This document shows positions 41,007 to 54,085 of a stretch of 64,000 nucleotides of DNA, piece by piece. The notes under the pieces were generated by a model. The model was not told the origin of the DNA. It searched no databases and saw nothing but the letters and a program-made list of their open reading frames with translations. The stretch is from Chiloscyllium plagiosum (lineage: Eukaryota). Where the stretch lies: the NCBI RefSeq assembly GCF_004010195.1, contig NC_057734.1, forward strand, positions 24,320,725 to 24,384,724, written 5' to 3'. Both the position numbers and the translations under genes were made by a program. Each line of letters begins with the position of its first letter. Within the stretch, counting starts at the first letter, position 1.

Positions 41007-42109
41007 TTACAAATCACAACACCAGGTTATAGTCCAATAGATTAATTTGGAAGTACCTTGCTTTCAGAGCACTGCTCCTTCATCAGGTAACTAGCGGGGG
41101 AGGATCATAAGACACAGAATTGAAAGCAAAAGATTACTGTGTTTGTGCATTTAAAACAATATATTGAACAAACCTAGATTGCTGTTAAGTCTTGCATCTT
41201 TTAGGATGGGTTGCACGTTTTGGTTCATTTAATATATAAATCCCAGAACTATTTTTAAATCACATTCTTGATAACTTAAGGTTTTATTTTAAAAAGTGAC
41301 ATCTCCGCTCAGGCGATGTATTAAAGGTGTGAGGTTAGAGTCTGTCTGTATCCCAAAGTAGGGATTTATAAAATATTACATGGATTGACTGCCTGCAGGG
41401 TATGTGCTTTTTGTGTCTGCAATAGAATGTGTCTGCAAATGCAAATGCACCCCACACATTTGTGTGAATGATGGCATAGTGTCGTGGGGTCATCTGTAGT
41501 GTGACATGAACCCAAGCACGCACTCTCTCTCCCTCCCTCTCACTGGTTTATACTCCACCCATCCCCTCCCACTCATGTGCATGCACACAAGTCTACGGGA
41601 TGAATTTCCACTTACAGAATTGTATTTGTAGGAATATTCTATTTTTTGTTCAAAGCACACAACCTGCAAGCAGTCAATCCATGTAATATCTTATAAATTC
41701 CTACTTTGGAAATAGAACCAGTCTGACTCAAGATTGGGATACAGCCAGACTCTAACTTCACACCTTTTAGTACATTGTCTGAGCTAAGATGTCACTTTTT
41801 TTTTAATGAAACTTAAGTTATATCTAATGTTCTGGGATTTACATATTAATGAACCGAAACTTGCAACCCATTCTAAAAGATGAAAGACTTAACAGCAATC
41901 CAGGCTTGTTCAATATATCGTTTTAATTGCACGACACTGTGATTTTCTGCTATAAATTCTATGCCTTATGATCCTGCTCCACTAGTTACCTGACTAAGAA
42001 GCAGCGCTCTGAAAGCTAGTACACCCAAATAAACCTGTTGGACTATAACCTGGTGTTGTGATTTTTAACTTTGTCCACCCTAGTCCAACAACAGCACTTC
42101 CACATCATT
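41007..42109 (+). mobile_element. 1.1-kb fold-back PLE-derived element
   Basis: About 430-bp imperfect inverted arms with an unpaired tail of about 35 nt at the right. TSD-like atgtgcaagg (40997-41006) / atgtccaagg (42110-42119). Confidence 0.85.
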
Positions 42110-43894
42110 ATGTCCAAGGACATTCAGTTCTTGTTGCACCTCCCTCTTTCCCATTCTTTCACCAGTCAGATAATTGTTTTTGCTGTCAGTGGATAACAAC
42201 ATTTATCAGCATTTATACTTTATCTGCCATGCATTTATCCACTCGCTCAACGTGTCCAATTTGCATTGAAGTATCTTTGCATCCACATCACAGCTCAAGC
42301 ACCCACTCAGCTGTGTGTTGTCAAAGATATTATGTTTATTTCCCTCACTTAAATCATCAACATATATTATGAATAGTTGGGGTCATGCACTGATCCCTGT
42401 GATACTTTACTAGTTACTATCAGCTGCTGGGGAAAATGATCATTTATTCCTACTGTTTCCTGTCTACCAACCAGTTCCCAATCCATGTCACATACTAACC
42501 CAATCATTTGTACTTTAATTTTGCATATGGATCTCTTATGTGGGATCTTCTCAAAGCTTCTGAAAGTCTGAGTAAGCCACATCTACTGGCTTCCCCATAT
42601 CAACTCTACTAGATACAGCCTCAAAATTCTAGTAGGCTTTTCGAACATAATTTCTCTTCCATAAATCTTTGACTGTCCAATTCTGTCACTGTTTTCCAGG
42701 ACCCTTACTAAATCTTTTACAATAGACAAGCATTTTCTCTACTTCTGATGTCAGGTGGCCAGACGAAAGTTTTTTTTTTAAATAGTAGAGTTACATTAGT
42801 CACCTATTGCAGAAACTTTCCCAGAGTCCATAGAATCTTGAAAGATGACCCCCAAATGCAGCCAGTATTTTTAAGGCTACTTCCTTAAGTACACTGGGAT
42901 GTAGATTATCAGGCTTCGGGGATTTATTGGTCTTTTTAATCTGATCAATTTCCCCACTAATACTGACTTTCTTCAGTTTCTTGCTCTCATTAGACTGTGT
43001 CCCAACATTTTTGGGACATTATTTGTATCCTCCTTTTTGTCAACATAGAACAAAAATATGTATTTAATGGTTTTGTCATTTCTTTGTTACCTTTAACTAA
43101 CTTTGTTGTTTGTAAGGGATCTACATTTGTGTTCACTAATCCTTTTCTCTTTGCATGTGAACTGACTTTACAAAAGTTTCGATATGTGCATTACCTGCAA
43201 GCTTACTCTCATACGCTTTCTCTCCCCACCTCTTAATTCCTTTTGTCCTCCTTGTGAAATCTAAACTACTCCCAAACCTTTTTTTTTTGGCCAATTTGTA
43301 TTCCCCTTCCTTGTATCTATTACTATCCCTAATTTCCCTAGTTAGCCTGGTAAGGCCATCTTTCCTGTTTTATTTTTGTGCCGGACAGGAATGAATAATT
43401 GTTGCAGTTCCTCCATGCACTCTTTAAATGTTTGTCATTGCCTATCCACCACCACCTCTTTTATGTAACATTTCCCAATTTATCATAACCAGCCCACGCA
43501 TCATACCATCATAACTAAAATTCAGGACACACAATCTCAGAATCAATTACTTCACTCTCCATCTTAATAATGAATTCTTTAATATATCATGGTCATCCTT
43601 CCCTAAAGTTCCCTCATTGCTATATTGTCAATTTTATTCCTTTCGCATTACATAAGTGGACTAGTTGAACCTAAGGGTTTGTTTCCATGCTGTATGACTG
43701 TAACCCTGCAATACCAAGTCTAGTAGAATGGCCTGTTCTGTAATTGGTTCCTCATCATATTGAGCCAGAAAACCATCTTGTAAATAGTTCAGGAATTTCA
43801 CCTCCTGCTTTGTTTCTGATTTGACTTGCCCAATCCAAGTGCACATTAAAGCTGCCCATAATTAACAGCTATATTTATGCTTGCATCTCTAATT

Positions 43895-44545
43895 TACACC
43901 CAGATTGACAGGATTGTTAAGAAGGCATACAGTGTTTTGGCCTTTATTAATAGAGGGATTGAGTTCCGGAATAGGAGGTTATGCTGCAGCTGTACAAAGC
44001 TCTGGTACGGCCACACTTGGAGTATTGTGTCCAGTTCTGGTCACCGCATTATAAGAAGGATGTGGAAGCTTTGGAAAGGGTGCAGAGGAGATCTACTAGG
44101 ATGTTGCCTGGTACGGAAGGAATGTCTTGCGAGGAAAGGCAGAGGGCCTTGAGGCTGTTCTCGTTAGAGAGAAGGTTGAGAGGTGACTTAATAGAGACAT
44201 ACAAAATAATCAGAGGGTTAGATAGGGTGGACAGGGAGAGCCTTTTTTCCAAGTATGGGGAGTGCAAACATGAGGGAACACAACTTTAAAGTGAGGGGAG
44301 ATAGGTATAGGTCTGAGGTAGTTTCTTTACTCAGAGTAGTAAGGGTATGGAATGCTTTCCCTGCATCGGTAGTAGATTCACCAAGTTTAAGTGCATTTAA
44401 GTCGTCATTGGACAGTCAAATGGACGTACATGGAATAGTGTAGGTGGGATGGGCATCAGATTAGTAGGACAGGGTGGTGCAACATTGATGGCCGAAGGGC
44501 CTGTACTGCGCTGTAATGTTCTACGTTCTGTGTTCTATGTTCTTT
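43895..44545 (+). mobile_element. Younger CR1 3' fragment
   Basis: LQLYKALVRPHLEYCVQFWSPHYKKDVEALERVQRR, with a (ttctatg)n-like tail. Confidence 0.9.
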
Positions 44546-45760
44546 AATGCCTTTCCCCCAACATTACCACTACAATTCAGGGTGTATGTATACAACTACC
44601 ACTATCATTCTCTGCCCGTTTAGTGTTTCTAAGCAGTATCTGCACTGCTTCCAGTTCACCAGAGATAATATTGTTAATGTAGTCTCTAATCATCAGTGCT
44701 ACTCCATCTCCTTTTAGTCTTTGTGCTTCATAAAAATTGAATACCTTTCCAAGTTCAGTTCCCATTCCTAATCGCCTTCTGACATGCCTCCAAAATCCCA
44801 ACTATATCAGACAAGTTTAGATCTTTTATGTCAATAATTTATCCCCTTTGTTGCAAATGCTCCCTGCATTAAAATTTGTCATTTTTAACATGCATTATTT
44901 TGCACTGTGTGGCCCTGTTTGATTTTTGCTCTTGAATTCTCTGCCTATCACTTAATTCCCATACTACTTTTTTTTTTATTTGCCCTACTTTTCATCCCTT
45001 CTGTCTCTATGCATAGCTTCCCAGCCCCTCTAATTTTAGTTTAATTTCTCTCCAAACGCTTTAGCAAATAACCCTCTAGGATGTCCATTGCATTCCTACC
45101 CAGGTGCAACCCATCCAGCCTTTACTGCTCCCACCTGCCCCAGAACTGGTTCAATGTCTCAGGAATCTGAACCCTGTCTCATGTAACATCTTTCCATCCA
45201 CATTCATCTGATATATCCTGCAATTTCCACACTGACTAGCATTTGGAATTGGGTGCAAACCTGAGATCATTACCTTTTTGAAGTCCTACTTTTTAACTTG
45301 CTTCCTTACTTGTTATTCTCCTTTTTGAGGTTAAAAAAAGTGCGATGAGGTCCTATGTTGGTGCCAATGTGTACGACGACATGCTGTTCACTACCATACT
45401 CCAGAATGTCCTGTAGCTGCTCTGCGACATTTTTGACATGTGTTCAATATTGGAGTGAAAACATATGATGCCAGGAATATACGAAATCAAAATTGTCATT
45501 CAGGCTTGGTCTAAACCTTACTGAAACTCCCAGGCTTCTGTCTACATTTTTTTTCTTAGCATTGATTTGGATGGTGATTTTGAATTAGTTGGAACAAGTA
45601 ATTTAATTATTTATTAAATACTAGTGTAGACACTTCTGTTTCGTTTGAATAGTTGTATTAAAATGGCATAGTGCCATTTAAATCCCAGTTATTTGACTTA
45701 ACAGTAACCATTAATAACATCTGTCCTGTGAATAATGTGTACAGTTGTGATCTGTATTAA

Positions 45761-45991
<231 letters not shown>

Positions 45992-46591
45992 TGAGTGGAT
46001 GTAATGGTTTGTTTCATTTTTCTAACTACATATTTGGAAATTTTTGCCAGACATCAGGTCTCTTGATTGGTAATGGCAAAGAGGTAAGCAGCCTGCTAAT
46101 GGTCTTCACACCTCCAGGAGCACTATGAAGAGTTCAGATTTAATGCGCAAAACTTTTTCTTGTAATTTGATAACATTGAGCTTTTGGGTTATTGTACTGT
46201 CTAATGGAAGCTGCAGTTGAGTTCATCGTGAATCTCCAAAGCTTTGAATGCTTCAATAAATGGAATGTATTTACTGTTCAGGTGATGTTTGCAAGTTTAA
46301 TATGTGCAACAATCAGATTTTACTACTTTGTTTGATATTCACAGTCCAATAAAAAAATGACTGATGGTTTGAAAATTAACTTCACAACTGGGCACCTGGA
46401 GGTTCCATGTTCATTTCGTGAACTAGTTTTTCATGTTTAATCCTAATGAATATATTTCTGAAAGATCTAAAAATTTTAAGCTGTATTGTCATTAAAAAGT
46501 GGCCATTTGGTCCAATTGTAATTGATCAGGGGATATAATGTTTTTAAAAAGGGCTCTGAAAAAAATTGAAATGTTCACTTTCTTTGTATAG

Positions 46592-46681
46592 ATTTTGAAA
46601 CCAGCAGAGAAAAAGAAACCTAATGCAAGCCGACCTGTAACACCACCAAGGAGCATGATCACGAAACAGGCCAAGAAATAA
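46592..46681 (+). CDS. PPP1CC: PP1 gamma exon 7 (gamma1-type C-terminus)
   Basis: ILKPAEKKKPNASRPVTPPRSMITKQAKK*. Total CDS 972 nt = 323 aa, and the tail is diagnostic of gamma1 rather than alpha or beta. Confidence 0.97.
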   Translation: MLKPAEKKKPNASRPVTPPRSMITKQAKK

Positions 46682-47449
46682 AACCAGAAACTCTGGCATT
46701 GCCTGTTTTGGACTTGTATTATACCAGTTTGTCTCCATTTTTAACTTTTTTTTTTCTTTTATGTAAAGTGTATCTGTCAGCTTGCTTGAATTAGATTACT
46801 ATTTGTTGACTTGTGGTTTATCTGCTGTGATATACAGAAACATGGTTGCTGTTTCTGAACAGCAAACATGCCTTCTCCCCCACCCCTCAAGATGGAAGAA
46901 TATAAAATAGTACTGTAGCTGTTTAATTTGCATCAAGGCTCCTGATTGTTAGCACCAGCTGCTAACAATAATGTGCTTGACTGCTGCTCCTCAGCAGGTT
47001 TCAATGTAGGTCAGGGGAGGGGGTTGGTGGGAAGTAGAAACGACTTGTAGTTGACAGAATTTTGACATTTTGGTACAGTTCACAAAGTGATTAAAATGCC
47101 TTGTGATTTGTTTTCCTTTTTTATTTTTTTAAGACCTAAAGTGGTGATGCTTGTGAGCTGGTAATTGACCTTTTTGGTTGGGGGGGGGGGGGAGAAAGAG
47201 TCTCATTGACTTGTAGGAAGTGATATACTGTTTATAAAACTTCAAAACAATTTTGTACTTTCTCATAAAAATGTTTTTATTTCGAGGAATGCATCTACTT
47301 TTTTCCAAGTCTACATGTCTGTCGTGTAAGCAACTGTTGTATAGATGTCATGATTTTAGAAGGATCTGCCCCTCCACTCTGCCAGCATCACAGAGAATGA
47401 CGTAAATTTGATTAAGCACACTTCCTGTACTGTATATTTTAAATGATGA

Positions 47450-47455
47450 AATAAA
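47450..47455 (+). terminator. Candidate proximal poly(A) signal of PPP1CC (second AATAAA at 48227-48232)
   Basis: AATAAA followed by T/GT-rich sequence about 770 nt after the stop. Confidence 0.55.
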
Positions 47456-48409
47456 GCCATTATTTTACATTTGGCATCTTTATTTGTTTTAAAGTTGTCA
47501 ATATTAGGTTCCTTGTATAATGCCAAACAAATGGGTTAGTAAACACCTGGCAAAGATGGAGGAGAACAGATTGAAAAACAGCTAGCATAGGTTATTGAAC
47601 TTTAAAGTGTGTTTGTCATTCAGCCATTCTTGTTCTTTTGGGATTGGGAGGTTGTTTCCTCTCTTTCCATCTATTGACCCTGGTCTTGAGGACAAGCAAG
47701 CAACCTGTTCCTGGGATTCTGTCATTATGCAGTTGGCCACTTGGCCAAATGACAGTTAGTCTGTTTTTGGAGTGTTCAATATGAACTTCCTCTGTTACCT
47801 CTCCATGATTAAGGTTAAGAGCTTGTAGTTAGAATTCTAAATTTTTCTGGTTCTGTGCAAATAGACTTTCTTTTGCTATATCGGTTTGTCCAAGATCCCC
47901 ACGAAAGGCTGTTGCACCAATTCTCTCCCCTTTTATACTACACTGTAACTTGTAGATGCTTCACTTTTGAAATTATTAATATTTGTAAGGTAAAAATGCT
48001 ACTGTATCACTATTCTCTGGTGTCCCTGCTAATGGTCATGGAGGTGCAGCTTTATTTCCTCACCCCTGCCACTGTGCTGGGGAAGATCAAAATTGGGCAC
48101 ATCCATATGAGACTCCTGACTGGTTTTTAGAGGGCAAATTTTAAAATGGCAGATTTCTGGGCATGTTTGCATGCTGTGCTCTCAGCCAAGGAATTAACTG
48201 ATTTCATGATCAAAAATGGGAACTAAAATAAAGCCTTTTTATAAATCTGGATTCTTGTGCATCTATGTTATTTAGCTAACTTGGAAGTGAAGAAACTAGC
48301 ACAATATATTATGTGCCTGAAATGACAAACTCAGGATTTTTCTCTTGGATAATTTTCATTGTCATCATCCAAACAGGTAGATTATGGAATACACTAAACA
48401 ATTAACAAC

Positions 48410-51400
48410 GGACTCAGCAAAATGGTGGTGATTCTGTAGAACTTTGGACAGCTCTGCCTAACAGCTAAGGCATACTGGTGTTTTTTGCCATCCCTGGTGG
48501 TAGAATTGAGTTTAAAACCTTACAGAACACATATTTGTTAATATTTGGAAGTGGGAAAGATGCCAAAGGGAAAAGGAGAGAGCAAACAGCAGCAGGGAGG
48601 ACACTCCCCTGCAGCAGCAGGTATACCAGAGACAGCAGTCTCTCTTGGGGACACACACACACACACACACCCCCGCCGGACCTGACAGCCTCTCAGGAAT
48701 TGGCTGCAGCGATGGAGAGACTTGCCTTGAAAGGTGGTGCTGCGATTGAGGAGATCTGTGGGGAGATTTGTGCCTAGGTCCAACCTATATATCCATGCTG
48801 CAGAAGCGTGAGCAGGAGATCCAGGGCATCGGGGAGCAGCTGGAAGAGGTAGAGGGTCGAACAAAGGCTTTGGAAGCTGCGATGGAGTCCTCCTCCAGTC
48901 GGATCCAGATGCTGAAGCGAGAGGTTCGGGCCTTGCGAGACCATATCGACGACCTCAAAAATAGAGGTCTGTGGATAAATCTCCAAATTGTCGGGCTCCC
49001 TGAAGGTGAGCAGTCAGTCAGCTTCTTTGAAAGTTGGCTGCTGAAATTTTTGGGCCTTCGCATAGAGTCCTGCAAGCTGCAGATTGAAAGGGCTTGTTGG
49101 GTTACAGTGCACAGGTCAGGGGTCATGCAGCGCCCCCGCCCGGTCCTAGTGCATTTCCACTCTCTCTCAAGGGCAAGCAAAAGTGATAGAAGCTTGTAGT
49201 TTACTGGGAAATGATCCGTAGGCGCTGCTGTACAAAGGTCAAAAATCATGCTTTTCCAGGATTTCTCGGCAGCTTTAATTCAAAGAAGTTAAAAAGAGGC
49301 TGAGGAACTTGGGCATCCAGTACTCTGAGGTACCCTGCAGTGCTCCATTTTAACCACGAGGACTCAGTTTATATATTTGAATCAGCGGATAAAGCTTAAA
49401 AACTTTGTAGACACTTCAAAATAGACAGACTGGCATAAAGAATACGGTTAATGTTTGTTCTCTTTTCCTTCTTTCCCCATGTTTTCCCTTTTTATTCCTT
49501 TCTTTCTCCCTAATAATTTCTTTATTGGAAAGGGGGGAATAAACCTTGGCATAAGTTGTTCCTTTTTTTTTTTAAATAACTAGATTTTATAATGGGAAAT
49601 TTTGTCTTTTTTTTTTGTTCTGTTTCTCTTTTAGTCACAAGTAGGGGTGACATGAAGCCAGGGATGGATGCAGTGGTCATCCTGACTTTGTCTTTTTTTC
49701 TGTTGATTTAGGGATCATATTTTTTTTCTGGCCTAAGGCTGGAGCACAGTCTGGGATCTCCAAAGATGGGAGGCTCTTCCAATTTCATGGCTGGGCCGAA
49801 TATCTCTCATTAAGATGAATGTTCTTCCTTGTTTTGCTTTATCTCATGCATATGCTCCCTATAATGTTTCCCAGGTCAACGCTGCAGAAGCTTATGGGAT
49901 GGTTTGGTTTCTTTGTCTGGTATTATAGTCGGCCCCTCAAAACTCACTAAATTGCATTTGCCTCAAGGAGGGGGAGGAGTTGGTTTCCCAGGCATCAGGA
50001 GGTATCAGTTGAGTTTCCTGCTCAGAATTTGTCTGTGATTGGGTAGGTAACGATCAGAAATAAATATGGCTGGATATCGAAGCCTCCCAGGCAAAGTGCC
50101 CCTCTTATTAAACTGTTGTTCATGGATGAGATGAGGACAGTTATGGATCACTGCTGGAACCCCATTGTCATTAGTACAGTCAAGGCGTGGAAGGCGATGC
50201 GTCAGTGAGGGTTGCTTATCCAAGACTTTGCTACTTATGCCTATAGTTGGTATGCCAGGGTTCTGCTTAAGGATGATGGACTCAGGGTTCAAACTATGGG
50301 CAGCAAGAGGAGTTTCTAGTTTGGGAGACTTGTTTGAGGGGGGATGTTATATCTTTTGAGCAACTGAGCAAATACAGGTTGCCCAGCAGAGATCTTTTCT
50401 TTCTTTTCAGGTTAGGGATTTCATCCAGAAGAAGACTACGCTTCTCGCTAAGCCCTACAAGTTAGAGAACCTGTTGCTACATTCCACAAGCACCCTTTTG
50501 GTTAGTGCCCTCTATCACCTGCTGGGTGGCAGGGCCTGGCAGGATATTAACTGGTTATGTAAGGTCTGGGAGCAAGAGCTAGGAATGGAGATCTTTTCTG
50601 AAACATGGGAGAATGCTCAAAAGATCTCAAATTGTAATAGGACGTGCACTTCCTAGTTCTGCACAGGATTCATCTGGCATCGGACCATATGGCGAAGTTT
50701 TAAAAAGGGGCATCTTCAGTGTGCCTCAAATGTAAAATAAGTGCAGGTTCTCTTACCCATTGCTTCTGGATATGCCACAGGCTCCGTGTTTATTGGAGTG
50801 CTGGGGCGGGAGAGATAGAGTTTGTTGAGGATTGAAGTCAAAGTAGACCCGATATCTCTCCTCTTAGGTCTACCGAATTTACCATCTTTAGACAGGCATG
50901 GGAAGAAGCTATTTAATATTCTTGCATACTGTGCATGGAAGAATATTCTGATGAACTAGGTGTGAGAGGCTTGCTGGGATGGCAGAAATGAATAATGGAG
51001 CACACTCCCTTGGACTTTTTTTTTTACAAACATGGTGCACTACACAACAGACCATTTTTATAAGACATGGCAGCCCTACTTGAGTTATTTGGAAACAGAT
51101 TTGTCATTTGTCTTTACTAGAACGTTTGTTTAACCAGGATGGTTAGATTTGTCAAGCCCTGGGCCCTGGAGGGGGTCTCCTGAGTTCATACAGGTATGTA
51201 TACACAATGCTCCCGTTCCTTTGGTATTATGGTCGGCCCCTCATAGCTGTTCATTGTTTTGTTTTGCTTTTTATTGATCTATTAGTTATTATTTATTGGT
51301 GTTGCTTTGCACTGTTAGGGTTTGTTTTGTATTATAGGGTAAGTTAGTAGATAGTTGTATTATTTGTTTTTTTCTTTTTGTTATACTGATTTTGTTATTG

Positions 51401-51452
51401 ATTGTATTTTTCAATAATTGTAATGTTAAATTGCTAATAAGTGTTTACAAAA
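48410..51452 (+). mobile_element. L1 element with large internal deletion (ORF1 remnant plus ORF2 3' part)
   Basis: ORF1-like coiled coil and NLQIVGLPEG. ORF2 resumes near 49725 after the RT region. A-rich end, TSD aattaacaac (48400-48409) / aattaataac (51453-51462). Confidence 0.85.
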
Positions 51453-51935
51453 AATTAATAACTGATAAGTGAGAGGAAACTAAATCAAAATGGTTCTGCA
51501 CTTCAATTATCATTCACTGACCAAAGTGTACAGATGATTGAGTTGAACAATATTTGGCTTCACTAGTGAGTCATGGAAAAGGTTTCAGACATACTAGATT
51601 CCAGGATCTATACACTTCTCTATAGTCATTTGAAAATCAGGATGGACAAGTTCTAATAGCGAATGTGCCTTTTGAAAGACTACTAAAGGGTACTGGTGAG
51701 AAGGTGGTCCTCAGGTATGTGATACTTTTTAATAAGTAGAGGTACACCACATCAATTCGTCAATTGCATCTATGTGGAATTTTGACATGATTTGTTATTT
51801 GGTCGACTGATTAACTGCTCTATTTTAACTAAAATTGAATCCATTAAAAATAAAATTACACCCCACAATTGCAGGGGAGATTGTAGTGTACAGAACAACC
51901 TCTGTTATCCAAACATCAATTAGTGATTTTTTTTA

Positions 51936-52713
51936 TATGCCAGTAAGGGTTTTATTGATGGTTTTGAAGGTTTCCTCTAATTTGTTTTGTTTAGTGATGA
52001 CAAAGGTGTCATCCACGAAGCAGACCCAAAGTTTGGGTTGGATGGTTGGCAGAGCGGTTTGTTCGATTCTCTGCATTATTGTCCATCCCAAACTTTGGGT
52101 CCGCTATGTGGATGACACCTTCGTCATCACTAAATGAAACAAATGAGAGGAAACCTTCAAAACCATCAATAAAACCCTTACTGGCATAAAATTCACAAAA
52201 GAGAAGGTAAACAACAACAACAAACTGCCATTCCTAGATGTTCATAGTAGAGCAAACAGTCAATGGAGAACTTCAAACCAGCATCTACAGGAAAACAACA
52301 CTTACAGATCAACTATTGATCTACAGAAGCAATCATCCCAACATCCACAAACTAAACTGCATCAGAACATTATTTCAACGAGCCACCACTCACTGCAGCA
52401 CAGAGGAACTATGCAGAGCAGAAGAAAATCACCCATACCGTGTATTCAAAAATAATTGGTACCCAATGAACACGGTCTGCTGATTTCTCAGCAACAAATC
52501 CAAAACGAGCAGACAAAACGCATCTAGAAACGCTAGCCACTCACCCCTACATCAAAGGCATCTCTGAAATGACTGCCAGACTACTCGAACTTCCTTGGCA
52601 TCATGGTAGCCCACCAACACACTAAAACAGCAACTAATGAACTTGAAAGACCCTATACAGACAACAAGCAAAACTAATGTCATTTACAAAGTACCATGCA
52701 AGAACTATAACAG
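51936..52713 (+). mobile_element. Penelope-like (Poseidon-type) RT fragment with inverted 5' duplication
   Basis: PKLWVRYVDDTFVI, LPFLD, YRKTTLTDQLL..SNHPNIHK motifs. 51936-52043 is the inverse of 52082-52188. Confidence 0.85.
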
Positions 52714-54085
52714 GTAAGTGCAGGTGGGGGTTGATTGTGATAGGTCAGTGGGGAAGGTGATGCAGATACATGGGAAGGAAGATGGACATGTAGGACAGGT
52801 CAAGAAAAGCAAATGGGAATGATGAAAATCAACAGACAGGTAGAACAGGTCAAGAGGGTGGTGCTAAGTTGGAGGGTTGGACTGGGATGAGATTGGAGGT
52901 GGGGGGGAGATTTGGAAACTACTGAAGTCAGCATTATGCTGTGTACTGGAAATGTCCCGAGGCAGAAGATTAGGCATTCTTCCTCCATGAGGCTTGGATT
53001 TGGTGGTGGAGAAGGCCCAGAGCTTGCATGTCAATGGTGAATTGGAGAGGGAGTTGAAGAAGTTGGTCACAGTTTGGTGCATGTATCCTAGAGATGTTCA
53101 TGAGTTGGTGTTCTGTCTCCATGATGTAGAGGAGACCACAGAGAGCAACAGACATAGTCGATGAGATGTTTGGTTGTGCAGGAAAAGATCCTTTGTGGCC
53201 TTGGATGGAGGTGAGGGGGTAGGTGTGGGCACAGGTTTTACGCCTCTTGCGGCAGAAAGGGAAGGTGCTAGATGTGGAAGGTGGGGGTCGTGTGGAGTGT
53301 GGACCTAATAAAGACTCAATGAAGGAATGGTCTCTGCGGAATGAAAATAGGGGTGGTGGGGTCTGATTGTAGGTGGTGGAAATGATGGAGGGTAATGCGC
53401 TGATTAGTGGGTGGAAGGTGAAGACTTGGGTGTTCTATCCTTATTGCGTTTGGAGGGGTGGGGTTCAAGACTGGAGGTATGGGAAGTGGAAATGTGCTGG
53501 AGAGCATTGATCATGTGGAAGGGGAAATTACAGTCCTTGAAATAGGAGGCCATCTGGGATGTCCTGGAGTGGAATTGCAGAACGTTTCAGAGAACATCTC
53601 GAGGACACATTCACCAAACAACCCCACTGCCCTGTGCCTGACCACTTCAACTCCCCCTCCCACTCCACCAAGGACATGAAGGTCCTGGTCCACCTCCACC
53701 ACCAAATCCAAGCCACCCAATGACTGGAGGAAGGAGGCCTCACCTTCTACCTTGCGACCCTTCAACATCGGCTTCACTAGTTTCCAAATCTCCCCTCACC
53801 TCATCTCAGATCCAACCCTATAAACTCTGCTCTGCCCTCGACCTGTCCCATCTTCCTTGCCACCTATATGCTCCATTCTCCCTACCAACCAATTACAATC
53901 AACCTCACCTGCATCTACAAATTGCCTTCTTAGCTCTTCCCCACCCCCTCTACCCTCCTATTTTTCACTCAGTCCCCTGCCCTCTGCCCCTGATGAATGG
54001 TCCATGCTCAAAAAAAATTGATTCTCCTGCTCCTCGGATGCTACCTGACCTGCTGTGCTTTTCCAGTGCGACATTTTTTGACTTA
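52714..54085. mobile_element. Penelope-like (Neptune-type) element in inverted two-part arrangement
   Basis: Antisense GIY-YIG region 52714-53577, then a sense copy of the 3' end 53578-54085 ending in ctgatgaa...gatgctacctgacctgctgtgcttttccag. Confidence 0.75.

Larger units (their letters stand above)
40335..45480 (-). mobile_element. Long decayed antisense CR1 filling PPP1CC intron 5, with nested insertions
   Basis: Minus-strand fragments YYVQFWSP, QGSVHDP, FLNYLQDGFLAQYDEEPITEQAILLDLVL. Tail near 40340. Confidence 0.8.
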
